DNA of 64,000 nucleotides, from assembly GCA_963843555.1 (NCBI GenBank), contig CAWJKV010000007.1:64001-128000 (forward strand). The letters are read 5' to 3'. A model generated the notes under the pieces. It did no database searches, had not been told where the DNA came from, and saw only the letters and a list, made by a program, of their open reading frames with translations. The translations under genes and the position numbers were made by a program. Shown in pieces: positions 1-14,156 of the stretch. Origin of the DNA: an uncultured Methanosarcinales archaeon. GTDB lineage: Archaea > Halobacteriota > Methanosarcinia > Methanotrichales > Methanotrichaceae. How positions within the stretch are numbered: the stretch's first letter is position 1; every line of letters begins with the position of its first letter.

Positions 1-768
1 GCGATCATAGAATGCATCCGCATCCGCTGCCAGAGCAATCCATTGATCGCCTCTTTCCTGTGCTTCCAGGAACTTCTTGGTCTGCAGGTCGCTGGGAAAT
101 ATGGATGTTGTCACGCCCGTCTCTGCACCCATATTGGTGATAGTTGCTCTCTCCGGTACAGTCAGCCTGGCTACGCCTTCGCCTGTATATTCGCAGATGC
201 AGCCAACGTTACCCTTTGTACTCAGGATTTGGAGAACCTTGAGAGCCACGTCTTTGGCTGTGGTCCAGGGCTGCAGTTCGCCTGTGAGGTGAACATTGAT
301 CACGCGAGGGGCGGTGAGGTAGTATGCGCCTCCACCCATGGCCACTGCTACATCGAGCCCTCCTGCACCCATGGCCAGGGAGCCTACGCCTCCGGCGGTG
401 GGCGTATGGCTGTCTGAACCCAGCAGAGTCTTGCCAGGTCTCGCGAATCTCTCCAGGTGGACCTGATGGCAAATGCCGTTTCCAGGTCGCGAGAAGTAGA
501 TGCCGTACTTTTTCGCGATGGATTCCAGGTAGGCGTGATCGTCTGCATTCTCGTATCCTACCTGGATGGTATTGTGATCAACGTAGCTGACTGAAAGCTC
601 GGTAGCTATATCAGACAGCCCCATGGACTCGAACTGAAGATAGGCCATAGTGCCCGTTGCGTCCTGGGTGAGGGTCTGGTCTATCTTAATACCGATCTCT
701 TTGCCTATCTCGTAGGAACCATCCGCGAGGTGCTTCCTCAGGATTTTCTCAGTCAATGTATAACCCAT
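1..768 (-). CDS. Aconitate hydratase, 5' part (runs off the window)
   Basis: Manual translation from ATG 768: MGYTLTEKILRKHLADGSYEIGKEIGIKIDQTLTQDATGTMAYLQFE, with the aconitase QDATGTMA motif; GGAGG RBS upstream. Not in the ORF track. Confidence 0.88.
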   Translation of the reverse strand, partial: MGYTLTEKILRKHLADGSYEIGKEIGIKIDQTLTQDATGTMAYLQFESMGLSDIATELSVSYVDHNTIQVGYENADDHAYLESIAKKYGIYFSRPGNGICHQVHLERFARPGKTLLGSDSHTPTAGGVGSLAMGAGGLDVAVAMGGGAYYLTAPRVINVHLTGELQPWTTAKDVALKVLQILSTKGNVGCICEYTGEGVARLTVPERATITNMGAETGVTTSIFPSDLQTKKFLEAQERGDQWIALAADADAFYDR

Positions 769-907
769 AAATGACCTCCCGCAGGCATATTAATCCTGGA
801 TTATTAATCCTGAATCTCGGCTATGATCATATTAAAACTAAGCGATATGAGATGTCTATTTCTTATCTCACTATTTCGTCCGAGATGGAAGCGCGAACCA
901 GTAGAGC

Positions 908-922
908 AAAAAGGTTATATAT
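908..922 (+). promoter_or_regulatory. Putative distal rRNA operon promoter (BRE/TATA)
   Basis: AAAAAGGTTATATAT: purine-rich BRE followed by TTATATA, upstream of 16S. Confidence 0.55.
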
Positions 923-1065
923 GTCTGAGTTATTGGATGGGTTCGGCCCGCCTGGAAGGGTGTGCCAACGGGTCCTATAGATAGTGATTATAGGGCCTGA
1001 GTATGACATCGGTTCGAGGAAGTCAGGGTTTCTCTCTTCTTCCCAGAAATGGGATGGAAGGGGGG

Positions 1066-1080
1066 AAAAGGTTAAATACC
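1066..1080 (+). promoter_or_regulatory. Putative proximal rRNA operon promoter (BRE/TATA)
   Basis: AAAAGGTTAAATACC about 200 nt upstream of 16S, same design as the distal copy. Confidence 0.6.
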
Positions 1081-1278
1081 TCGGCTGACAACCTTAATGG
1101 GCCGATGAGGCGTCGCAACACAAAGGCTACGACCCCGATTTGATGAAGGGCCGAGTTCCAAGTTGCGATATATAGAAAGATATGGAGACGCGAGTTTTTT
1201 CGTGTCTGACATTGGTCTTGGCGACTCAGCCAATTCCGATTGGTTCGGAATAACAAAAAAATATTTACTTCCTAGAGA

Positions 1279-2749
<1,471 letters not shown>

Positions 2750-2920
2750 AAAGTTATTGACATACAAACGTATGTCTCCCCGTGCCAATCGGCCTGTCAG
2801 TTCGAAAGATCTGATGGGGCCACGACGAAAGTCGTGGTAAGCTGAAAATGTCGACCGAGACCAAGAAAAGCGTAACCAAGTAGCCAGCTTATTGATAATC
2901 ATTAGCTGGGCCTGGATTTA

Positions 2921-2993
2921 GGGCTTGTAGCTCAGCTGGTAGAGCGCCGCCTTTGCAAGGCGGAGGCCCTGGGTCCGAATCCCAGCAAGTCCA
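2921..2993 (+). tRNA. tRNA-Ala(TGC) in the 16S-23S spacer
   Basis: GGGCTTG/CAAGTCC acceptor stem, anticodon arm CCGCC-TTTGCAA-GGCGG, T-arm CTGGG-TCCGAAT-CCCAG. Confidence 0.97.
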
Positions 2994-3120
2994 TTGAACC
3001 AATGCACACATTGAGGTCGACTCGATGTGGAAGGGTGGAGGTCCGTCCCTCGCAAGGGATCGGTCCGACGACACCATGCACAAGCTTTGCGACCAGACGC
3101 TCACTGAGTTTAGTGGGGCA

Positions 3121-6020
<2,900 letters not shown>

Positions 6021-6064
6021 ACTAAACTCGGGCGAAATCTGGTCGCAAAGCTAAAGCATGATAA

Positions 6065-6126
6065 CCAAGTATCCCTGGACTTACGAGTCTGGGGAGGCAT
6101 AAAACCGGTTCGATTCCGGAACTTGG
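6065..6126 (+). ncRNA. tRNA-like processing element upstream of 5S rRNA
   Basis: CCAAGT/ACTTGG closing stem, 10-bp hairpin TCCCTGGACT-TACG-AGTCTGGGGA, T-arm CCGG-TTCGATT-CCGG. Confidence 0.65.
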
Positions 6127-6130
6127 AATC

Positions 6131-6258
6131 GAGCATGGCGGCCAGAGCGGCAGGGAAACTCCTGAACCCTTTCCGAACTCAGAAGATAAGCCTGCCCACG
6201 TTCTGCACTGTACTCAGATGCGCGAGCTCTCGGGAACTGTAGATCGCTGCCATGCTCA
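6131..6258 (+). rRNA. rrf: 5S rRNA
   Basis: Terminal helix GAGCATGGC/GCCATGCTC, conserved CCGAAC loop, T-rich tract downstream. Confidence 0.95.
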
Positions 6259-6624
6259 CCTAATATCTTTTTCTTCAACTCAAACTAGAGCTTAGGCTCG
6301 CTTAATTTCTGTATTTCAATCCCATTAGCCATATTGCTCGGATGACTATATTCAGCTTAGCGATGCTACAGGACTAATCGGGATTCTATGTGCCTAAAAG
6401 GCCAAGCTGCAGATCGCTGCCACGCTTGCCTTAACCTATTTTGGATTGACATAGAGGATTACAAGGATTATTACCACTCAAAACGCACATGTCCGGCTAA
6501 GGTCCAGTGGGCTATATTGCATCGACCTACAGCTGTCTCTGACAATCTCAGGCGCTTGACTCTGTCCTCATCGAGCAGGAGTTAATCATAAATACATCCT
6601 GAATCGCATATCCTGGAGCAAAGC

Positions 6625-7155
6625 GTGAGACTTTCCATCGAGATGGTTGAAATGAAGATTCAGTTCATTTTGTTTATGGCAGTCTGTCTTGTGGCTTCTG
6701 CAGAAGTAGCGTACGGTGCTGACAAAATCCAGAGCGTAGGCGGCGACTTTGGAAGGTCATGGCTCGATAGCTACCTGGCTCAAAATCCCAAGCCTGGAGC
6801 TCAGGATAATGACAGTAATCTCTCAAGCTGGGGAGGCGCACCCAAAGGCAACTCTTCCGTAGGCAGCAATCTTGTTAATCAGCAGAAGGCAACGACCCCG
6901 CCTGTCCAGGAATGGCTCGGCATAACAACACCCCTGGGAATAGAGAATGATACAAGAAATAATTCCCTTAGTGAAGCCAGGAAGGAAATTCCCTTCTCTA
7001 TAAGCAAGACGATCACTCCTATCCATCAGATAGACGCAAGCTGGAACCAGACCTTACCTGAACAGCAGTTTCCACAACCTGATAAAAGTGGATTAATATA
7101 CGGAATTCCTGCAGAAACGTACTACTCTATTGGACCCGCGTATTTCAATTTCTAA
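6625..7155 (+). CDS. Secreted hypothetical protein (likely start ATG 6652)
   Basis: Signal peptide MKIQFILFMAVCLVASA followed by SVGGDFGRSWL. Confidence 0.7.
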   Translation: MRLSIEMVEMKIQFILFMAVCLVASAEVAYGADKIQSVGGDFGRSWLDSYLAQNPKPGAQDNDSNLSSWGGAPKGNSSVGSNLVNQQKATTPPVQEWLGITTPLGIENDTRNNSLSEARKEIPFSISKTITPIHQIDASWNQTLPEQQFPQPDKSGLIYGIPAETYYSIGPAYFNF

Positions 7156-7249
7156 TGCCGGGGATGCAATAATAATACCGAGTCCGAAGAACAAATGGAA
7201 GCTGGCCTGGAATGAAAATGGCAAATACCATAAGCCCAAGAAAAATTGC

Positions 7250-7468
7250 CTAGTGATGCGCGCCGTGCGCATCCCCGTGAGCGCCATGGGGCGCTGCATT
7301 AGATCCTGCCTTAACGGCCAGGAAATCCTTATCGATATAAGCCTGATGGGCCAGATCCAGGCACTCCTTGCAGATGCCGAACATCTCGTCCTTGGGGCCT
7401 TTAAGGGTTGCTAAGTTGAGTTTAACAGGAACAGTCTCCTTATCAACAAGACAGAGCGCGCACTTCAT
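7250..7468 (-). CDS. Small CxxC...CxxC protein with His-rich tail, resembling the C-terminal half of FpoO
   Basis: MKCALC...GICKECLDLAHQAYI...HGAHGDAHGAHH; abuts the ubiX stop with AGGTGA RBS. Confidence 0.6.
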   Translation of the reverse strand: MKCALCLVDKETVPVKLNLATLKGPKDEMFGICKECLDLAHQAYIDKDFLAVKAGSNAAPHGAHGDAHGAHH

Positions 7469-8065
7469 CTATTTCACCTGTGCTCCGATCTGATTCAAAC
7501 GGTTATAAGCATTTCCTTTCCATCTCTTGTATAGATCGTTCTCCACCCCGAGAAGATCCAGCACACGGCCCGCTAGAACATCTACCAGCTCTTCCAGATT
7601 CTCAGGCCGGGAGTAGAAGGCAGGGCAGGCGGGCAGGATCACGGCTCCGGCTTCGCTGGCGGTTACCATGTTGCGGAGCTGCACCAGGCTCAGGGGCGTC
7701 TCCCTTGGCACCAGAATCAACTTCCTCTTCTCTTTAAGGCATACGTCGGCACTTCGTGTGATGAGCGTATCTGAGGACCCGCATGCTATCCCGGAGAGAG
7801 TTCCCATGCTGCAGGGGATGACGACCATGGCATCGATCAGGTATGAGCCGCTGGCTATGGGTGCGGCAAAGTCGCGGGGTGCATAGACATGGCTGGCCAG
7901 CTTTTCCACATCTTCTGGCTGAAAATCGGTCTCGATCTCTATGATCTTTCGAGCCGAATCGGTAATTACAAGATGAGTTATGCAGCCTTTTTCCCGCAGG
8001 GCCTGCAAGAGTCGAATGCCGTACTGCACTCCCGAAGCCCCGCTTATGCCCACAACGATTTCCAT
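7469..8065 (-). CDS. ubiX: Flavin prenyltransferase UbiX
   Basis: GISGASG, PIASGS, IPCSMGTL, RETPL and PAFY motifs. Confidence 0.95.
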   Translation of the reverse strand: MEIVVGISGASGVQYGIRLLQALREKGCITHLVITDSARKIIEIETDFQPEDVEKLASHVYAPRDFAAPIASGSYLIDAMVVIPCSMGTLSGIACGSSDTLITRSADVCLKEKRKLILVPRETPLSLVQLRNMVTASEAGAVILPACPAFYSRPENLEELVDVLAGRVLDLLGVENDLYKRWKGNAYNRLNQIGAQVK

Positions 8066-8143
8066 ATAGATCCCTCCTGTTACTTTTTCAATATACATCG
8101 TTTATAAATTTGAGACTATCTCTTTTGGTCGCAATTTTCTTTT

Positions 8144-8590
8144 TCATATTAAACCTCTCTCGCGCAGAACCCTCTGTTCGTCTCCTGTGATATAAGCAAA
8201 GATCTTTGGCCTCTCTCCGATCGTTTGAAGCAGATAGATCACATCAAAATCGATTCTCTCTGTCGTACCGTCTCTTTTTATGTAGTTCGCCCGCCAGAAG
8301 ACCCTTGCCTGCACATGAAATTCATCCAGGACGGTTACTGTCAGGCCGGATATTTTCATGCTCTTGGTGCCTATGCTTCTGTAGAACTCAAAGCCCTGCA
8401 AAATTTGCGACTGGAACTGCTCATCATTTTTTCCGCAATTCACTCCGCTGGGATTGGCGGCTATGAAACAGTCGCTGAAGGCCTCGGCCGTTGCCACAGC
8501 ATCGATCACTGGCTTTTCACCCAGAGCGTTATTGACCCTCGCCTCATATTGGGCGAAGAACTCTCTTATTCTATCTGTCATTTCCTGCAT
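8144..8590 (-). CDS. Hypothetical protein, possibly NTF2/SnoaL-like
   Basis: 148-aa ORF overlapping the upstream gene; alpha-beta pattern ending FDVIYLLQ..PKIFAYITGDEQ. Confidence 0.6.
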   Translation of the reverse strand: MQEMTDRIREFFAQYEARVNNALGEKPVIDAVATAEAFSDCFIAANPSGVNCGKNDEQFQSQILQGFEFYRSIGTKSMKISGLTVTVLDEFHVQARVFWRANYIKRDGTTERIDFDVIYLLQTIGERPKIFAYITGDEQRVLRERGLI

Positions 8591-9272
8591 CTCTCGTCAT
8601 CTCCTCTAAACGCCTCTGCAGAAGAAACTCCCGGAAAGCATCCTCATCAGGCAGATCCGGCAGGCTGCTGGCCGCATATGCATCTTCCAGCTGAATCATC
8701 TTTTCCATGACCTCCCCGGCTCCCGGAGTATGCAGAATAGGTGCAAAGCAGATCCTGGCCTCCTTGAGGAGCTTAATTCCGAAATTGATGGTCCGGAGAG
8801 CCGTCCTGTAGCCTTTGCCCGACCTCTTCGTAGGCTTTTCCTCGGATTTGATCTGGCTTTCCGCCATCCCTTTGATGGAATGATAGGTCTTCCGGCAGAG
8901 GTTGGCCTGCACCAGGAAAGATAGCTCCTCCTGGATTTGAGAAGGCTTTATGATGAGCGGGCTTGAGACATACCAGATTGCGTTTACGTTTCCCTTGATG
9001 AGCTGATTTATGAGGTGCCCTATCTCCCAGCCTAATGTATCGTAAACCTCTCCTCCCCGGGCTGCTATCTCCTGGCGGACTGTGGGCGGAACACTCTCGC
9101 CCCGCAGGATGCTTCTTGTGGGTGAGATATAGATCATCACGAGGTCAATATCGCTTTCCGGGCCCTGCATGCCCCACATGTGCGAGCCGACGCAACTGAC
9201 GAACAGGGTTTCCATCCTGCTGTTATTGGTTTGTTCTATCTCCCGCAGATCGATATCGATGCCAAGGTTCAT
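8571..9272 (-). CDS. Pol-beta superfamily nucleotidyltransferase (RlaP/YcgL-like)
   Basis: GSHMWGMQGPESDIDL (GS...DxD) motif and LIKGNVNAI; GGTGA RBS before ATG 9272. Confidence 0.8.
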   Translation of the reverse strand: MNLGIDIDLREIEQTNNSRMETLFVSCVGSHMWGMQGPESDIDLVMIYISPTRSILRGESVPPTVRQEIAARGGEVYDTLGWEIGHLINQLIKGNVNAIWYVSSPLIIKPSQIQEELSFLVQANLCRKTYHSIKGMAESQIKSEEKPTKRSGKGYRTALRTINFGIKLLKEARICFAPILHTPGAGEVMEKMIQLEDAYAASSLPDLPDEDAFREFLLQRRLEEMTRDAGNDR

Positions 9273-9315
9273 GTTTTCACCAGATAAAATCATCCGCTGT
9301 CTGCCATTGTGTATC

Positions 9316-10263
9316 TCATCCCGCATTATTACTTGCAATCTTGCTTTTCTTCAGCCTCTCCATCGTGGCCGCCACCATCAGTGGAAGGGTTATGGTCGCG
9401 TCGCCATAAACCGTCACGTAGCTGGCTTTTTCCGAGATCTTGCCCCAGGAGATGGCCTCGGAGAGGGTAGCCCCGGATAGGCCTCCATTCTCAGGTGTAT
9501 CTGTGGTGAGCTGGATCGCGAGGTCGAAGCTCTTGGGGGTGACGAGCATGGACTGCAAAGCAAAGTTCTTGGGAACTCCCCCGCCCACTATTACTATTCC
9601 TGATCTCTCGCTATCATAGCAGATGTCAACGATCTCTTTTACATCGGCAAAGGCATCTACATTAAGCCTTTTTGTCTGGCTGAACATCCAGGCCTGCAGG
9701 CCGATCATGGAGTCAGGAAGGGCTGGGCAAAAGACGGGCACCTTCATCTCATAGGCCGAGCGCAGGATGGATCTATTGTCATTGATTTGACGGCCTATGA
9801 TGCTCATCAGCTCCCTCCCGGAAATGATTTCCGGCGTATCTGGCAGGATTTTTTGCATCAGCCCTTCGAATGCGACGAAATCCTCATCCCTCAGAAATAC
9901 ATCATAAATCCGGCTCATGCCCGTTGCTCGAAGAGCGGCATCATCCGACTCGGCGGATCCCAGGCAGTGGCATCCGAATGATTCAATGATGTCATGTACA
10001 AGGTTTGCTCCCGTGATCACCAGCACATCCACGTAGCCGTTTCGGATCAGATCGGAGACTATATTCCTCATGCCTGCCGGCACCATCGCGCCGGAGAGCG
10101 TCAAGAATTTGGTGAAATCTCCAGAAAGCATTTTTTCATAAATAGCCACAGCTTCTGCAAGTCTTCGGGCTCCAAAGCCGCAGTGGCCCAATCTCTCCAC
10201 CAGGGTGTCTATGCTCATCCCTGGCTCTATCTCCAGTTGGTGCACGATCTCCATTTTATTCAC
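9316..10263 (-). CDS. dhs: Deoxyhypusine synthase family protein
   Basis: SGAMVPAGMR, TGANLVHD, GGGVPKNF, GGLSGATLSEAISWGK, GDATI motifs. Confidence 0.93.
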   Translation of the reverse strand: MNKMEIVHQLEIEPGMSIDTLVERLGHCGFGARRLAEAVAIYEKMLSGDFTKFLTLSGAMVPAGMRNIVSDLIRNGYVDVLVITGANLVHDIIESFGCHCLGSAESDDAALRATGMSRIYDVFLRDEDFVAFEGLMQKILPDTPEIISGRELMSIIGRQINDNRSILRSAYEMKVPVFCPALPDSMIGLQAWMFSQTKRLNVDAFADVKEIVDICYDSERSGIVIVGGGVPKNFALQSMLVTPKSFDLAIQLTTDTPENGGLSGATLSEAISWGKISEKASYVTVYGDATITLPLMVAATMERLKKSKIASNNAG

Positions 10264-10387
10264 CTTAATAATGATAATATCTCATAGATAGTTCAGGAAA
10301 ATTGTGATTGAACTTGTGCAACGCGAAATTTTTTCTCATAAACCTTTTATACCAGGCCTTATGTTTAGCTTTTACGGAGGATAAACA

Positions 10388-10792
10388 ATGCCCGGCGAAC
10401 CGATGGCAGTGGTTCCTTATATACCACTTATTATATTTTTGATAATGGGAGCTATAGTGCCCATTGCGGCCCTGGCGGCTATAAAGATCATAGCGCCAAA
10501 TAGATCAAGCCGCCAAAAGCGATCGATATACGAAGGTGGGCTGAAGCCAATCCGCGACGCCAAGATCCAGTATAGCGTTCAATATTACCTTTTCGCAATC
10601 GTCTTTGTGATATTCGATGTTGAGGTTTTATTTTTTTACCCCTGGATCTACGTTTACGCGAATGAAGCCATGCAGCAGTTCACGGTCTTCGGGTCGATGA
10701 ACTTTGCCGTCTTCGAGATGCTCCTATTTATCGTTGTACTGTTGGTTGGACTTATTTATGCTATCAAGAAGGAGGCTTTGCGTTGGGTATAA
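10388..10792 (+). CDS. fpoA: F420H2:phenazine oxidoreductase-like complex subunit A
   Basis: YEGG, QYYLFAIVFVIFDVE, KKEALRW; GGAGG RBS; TATA-like TTTTATA at about 10345. Confidence 0.95.
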   Translation: MPGEPMAVVPYIPLIIFLIMGAIVPIAALAAIKIIAPNRSSRQKRSIYEGGLKPIRDAKIQYSVQYYLFAIVFVIFDVEVLFFYPWIYVYANEAMQQFTVFGSMNFAVFEMLLFIVVLLVGLIYAIKKEALRWV

Positions 10793-11355
10793 GCGATGTC
10801 ATACCCGTGCCCGTAGGTATCGACGAGGAGATTGAAAAGTGGACTATCTTTGGACAACCTGTAGTCGAGGCCTGGTTTACAACCACGGAGAAGATTCATC
10901 AGATCATTGAGATGGGGCCCATAAAGAATATCTTCAACTGGGGCAGGAAGAATTCGGTTTACTTTTTGATGCAGCCCATGGGTTGTTGTGGTGTGGAGAT
11001 GTTCGTCTTCGGAGCAGCACCCTATGATAGCGACAGATTTGGGTGCATCCCTAGGAATACACCGCGTCAAACCGACGTGATGATCATCTCCGGATACCTA
11101 ACCCGCAAGTACCTACCGGTCTTCAAGAATCTCTGGGAGCAGATGCCTGAGCCAAAATGGTGCATAGCCATTGGGGAATGTGCCATATCTGGGGGGCCAT
11201 TCTATGATTCCTATAACATCATCCAAAATACAGGCGATTACTTCCCCATTGACGTCTTCATCCCGGGATGTCCACCCAGACCCGAGCAGTTCCTCGAGGG
11301 CTTAATGAATCTCCAGGAAAAGATCAAGCAGCGCAAGGATAAGCGAGACTATTAA
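10783..11355 (+). CDS. fpoB: Fpo subunit B (NuoB-like)
   Basis: GCCGVEM, GECAISGG, IPGCPPRPE; TTG start behind GGAGG. Confidence 0.95.
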   Translation: MGISDVIPVPVGIDEEIEKWTIFGQPVVEAWFTTTEKIHQIIEMGPIKNIFNWGRKNSVYFLMQPMGCCGVEMFVFGAAPYDSDRFGCIPRNTPRQTDVMIISGYLTRKYLPVFKNLWEQMPEPKWCIAIGECAISGGPFYDSYNIIQNTGDYFPIDVFIPGCPPRPEQFLEGLMNLQEKIKQRKDKRDY

Positions 11356-11369
11356 GGAGGGATCTTTTC

Positions 11370-13082
11370 TTGACAAATGCAAGCGAGGTTCTGAGCTCTA
11401 TTCAGTCCGCATTTCCTGGAGCCGTTCTGGACTCCAGAGTGGAGTCGGACCGGAGGCTCTGGGCCACAATCGATTCCAAGCTCATTTTAGACGTATGCAA
11501 ACACCTGAGTTCTAAACTCGATTTCGATCACTATTCTGGTGCTGCAGGCGTGGACTGGATCGCCAGGAACGAGATGGAAGTCGTGGAGATCATGGCCAGT
11601 CACGGAGCTCATCAGGTTGTGGCCATGCTAAAAGTAAAGACTCCCCGAGAAAATCCTTCTGTCAAATCACTTACCGGTCTCTACTGGAATGCCAACTGGT
11701 ATGAAAGAGAGATCTGGGAGATGTTTGGCATCAATTTCGAGGGGCACCCAGAGCTATATCCTTTGCTTCTATCGGATGAGTTGATGGGAGCCTGGCCCTG
11801 GAGAAAGGACTTTAAGGGCTATCCCGATCTGACTACGGGTGAGAGGGCTGTTCAGATCACGACTCCAGAGGGCTATACAGAATATCATGTCCCACCCACT
11901 CCGGCTGAAGTCGAGGCCGGGACCGCGGTCAGAGAGAAGCCAAAGTATCCCTCTTTTCGGGAAAGAGAGGAGTTGGAGATCAAGTCCGATGCCGAGATGA
12001 TCATGCACCTGGGCCCGCAGCATGCGATGGTTCCCGGTCCTTTCCTGCTGGACATCCTGGTTGAGGGGGAAAGGGTGAAGAAGGCCTTCTTGGATTTGGG
12101 CTACATTCACAAAGGCATCGAAAAGATCATGGAGAACAGGAGCTGGCTGCAGGGCATAACCTACACAGACAGAATGTGCTACGTGGCATCTCTCTCCAAC
12201 AATGAGTGCTACTGTGGCGCAGTAGAGAAGATCCTTGGTCTAGAAGTTCCCGAAAGAGCCCAGTATGTCCGCGTCATCCTGGAAGAGCTCTCCAGAATTC
12301 AAAGCCACCTCATAGGCACAGGCGAGTTCCTGACGCTCGTCGCAGGAGTCGGCTATGCACCGTGGCAGTACATGATCATGGACAGAGAGAAGATCATCTC
12401 TTTAATTGAGAGCGTTACCGGGGCCAGGCTGACTCACACCTTCGTGCGCTTCGGAGGGGTTAGAAATGACCTTCCGGAAGGCTTCGCCGAGCAATGCCGA
12501 AAGGTATTGCCATATATGAAGTCGAGAACGGAGGAATTCATTGAGCTTTTTGCGCAGGATCCGATATATTCTCTTAGGATGGAGAATATTGGCTCCATCC
12601 CACCCGAGACTGCCAAACGCATGGGATGCTCAGGAAGAGTGCTGAGGGCCTCGGGCGTCGCCTATGATATGCGAAAAGAAGATCCTATATTGGTCTATCC
12701 CGATCTGGACTTCAAGGTCGTAACCGGGACCAGAGGAGATTCTGCGGACAGAATCGATGTTACCCTGAGAGAGATTTTGGAGAGCATTCATATCATTGAG
12801 CAATGTCTGGACAGGATTCCCTCCGGTCCCATTAAGACGGAAACCAAGGTTCCCAAGAAGGTTCCGGCGGGGGAAGCCTACTACCGGGTTGAGGATCCCA
12901 GAGGCGAGATGGGAATGTACGTGATCAGCGATGGTGGCGACAAGCCCTACCGTGTAAAGGTTAGAGGGCCATTCTACGCTACCTTCCAGACTTTGACTCC
13001 GCTCTTGGAGGGAGTCTACATTGCGGATGCAGTAGCCATTGCCGGTAGCATGGATGGCTGCCCATCCGAAGCGGATAGGTAG
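11370..13082 (+). CDS. fpoCD: Fused Fpo subunit C/D
   Basis: NuoC part (ANWYEREIWEMFGINFEGHP) in frame with NuoD part (GPQH, GYIHKGIEK, DPRGEMG, SMDGCPSEADR). Confidence 0.93.
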   Translation: MTNASEVLSSIQSAFPGAVLDSRVESDRRLWATIDSKLILDVCKHLSSKLDFDHYSGAAGVDWIARNEMEVVEIMASHGAHQVVAMLKVKTPRENPSVKSLTGLYWNANWYEREIWEMFGINFEGHPELYPLLLSDELMGAWPWRKDFKGYPDLTTGERAVQITTPEGYTEYHVPPTPAEVEAGTAVREKPKYPSFREREELEIKSDAEMIMHLGPQHAMVPGPFLLDILVEGERVKKAFLDLGYIHKGIEKIMENRSWLQGITYTDRMCYVASLSNNECYCGAVEKILGLEVPERAQYVRVILEELSRIQSHLIGTGEFLTLVAGVGYAPWQYMIMDREKIISLIESVTGARLTHTFVRFGGVRNDLPEGFAEQCRKVLPYMKSRTEEFIELFAQDPIYSLRMENIGSIPPETAKRMGCSGRVLRASGVAYDMRKEDPILVYPDLDFKVVTGTRGDSADRIDVTLREILESIHIIEQCLDRIPSGPIKTETKVPKKVPAGEAYYRVEDPRGEMGMYVISDGGDKPYRVKVRGPFYATFQTLTPLLEGVYIADAVAIAGSMDGCPSEADR

Positions 13083-13094
13083 GAGGGGGAGGAT

Positions 13095-14144
13095 TTGGAC
13101 ATAATAGAAACCATCACTCAATTCGCCGCAGAGCAGCCGGCGATATTCGCCCTGATCGTCGGCATTGTCGGTGCTGTGGTAATCGCTGCTGTGGTCAACA
13201 TTGGAGCCATGCTAATTATCTGGGGCGAGAGAAAGGTGCTGAGTGATTTCTGCAACAGATATGGCCCCAATCGTGTGGGCGGAAGGTGGGGCATACTGCA
13301 GCTTGGTGCCGATGCCATTAAGCTCTTCACTAAAGAGGATATTATCCCCGGTGATGCTGATAAGGCGGTCTATGTCTGGGCACCGATAGTGGCCTCCATG
13401 GCCACCATGCTCGTGGCAGTAGCCATTCCCTTTGGGGCACTTCATATAGACGGCAAAGACTATCCGCTGGTAGTGGCCAACATGGATATCAGCGCCTTTT
13501 ACGTAGAGGCAGTCATGAGCCTGATGGCCATAGCAGTTTTCATGGCAGGCTACAGCTCTAACAATAAGTACTCAATGCTGGGTGCCTTCCGAGGCGTTGC
13601 CAGAATGATTGCTTATGAGGTTCCCATGGGTGTCTGCGTCATATCCGTGGCGGTCATGGCTCACAGTCTTAATCTGGTTGAGATTGTGGAGAGCCAGACA
13701 ATCTGGTATGCCTTTGCTCAGCCTCTGGGATTTGTCATCTTTGTCATTGCCCTGATTACTGATTTGGGAAGAATCCCGTTCGATCAGAGTGAAGCTGAAG
13801 AAGAGATCATATCCGGTTACAATACTGAGTACAGCGGAATCCGCTGGGGTTTGCTCTACTTCCAGGAATATAATAACGCGTTCTTGGGATCCATACTGCT
13901 GGCACTCTTATTCCTGGGCGGCTGGCATGGACCGATCATACCCATACCGATCCTGGATATAATCTCTCCATTGATCTGGCTTTTCATGAAGGTGGTAATT
14001 GTACTGTGGTTCTTCATCTGGGTCAGAAGCTCGCTCTTCCGCCTGCGCATCGATCAGGTAACTGACATCGGGTGGAAATGGATGCTGCCGCTTTCCTTGT
14101 TGAATCTGGGATGGGCAGTATTAATTGGATCATACTTTGCATGA
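13095..14144 (+). CDS. fpoH: Fpo subunit H
   Basis: ERKV..RYGPNRVG, DAIKLFTKE, RIPFDQSEAEEE. Confidence 0.95.
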   Translation: MDIIETITQFAAEQPAIFALIVGIVGAVVIAAVVNIGAMLIIWGERKVLSDFCNRYGPNRVGGRWGILQLGADAIKLFTKEDIIPGDADKAVYVWAPIVASMATMLVAVAIPFGALHIDGKDYPLVVANMDISAFYVEAVMSLMAIAVFMAGYSSNNKYSMLGAFRGVARMIAYEVPMGVCVISVAVMAHSLNLVEIVESQTIWYAFAQPLGFVIFVIALITDLGRIPFDQSEAEEEIISGYNTEYSGIRWGLLYFQEYNNAFLGSILLALLFLGGWHGPIIPIPILDIISPLIWLFMKVVIVLWFFIWVRSSLFRLRIDQVTDIGWKWMLPLSLLNLGWAVLIGSYFA

Positions 14145-14156
14145 GGTGGCATTGAG

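Noticed and set aside
11370..13082. Group 4 NiFe hydrogenase large subunit
   Set aside because: Both CxxC pairs are incomplete and the context is a complete fpoA-N operon.
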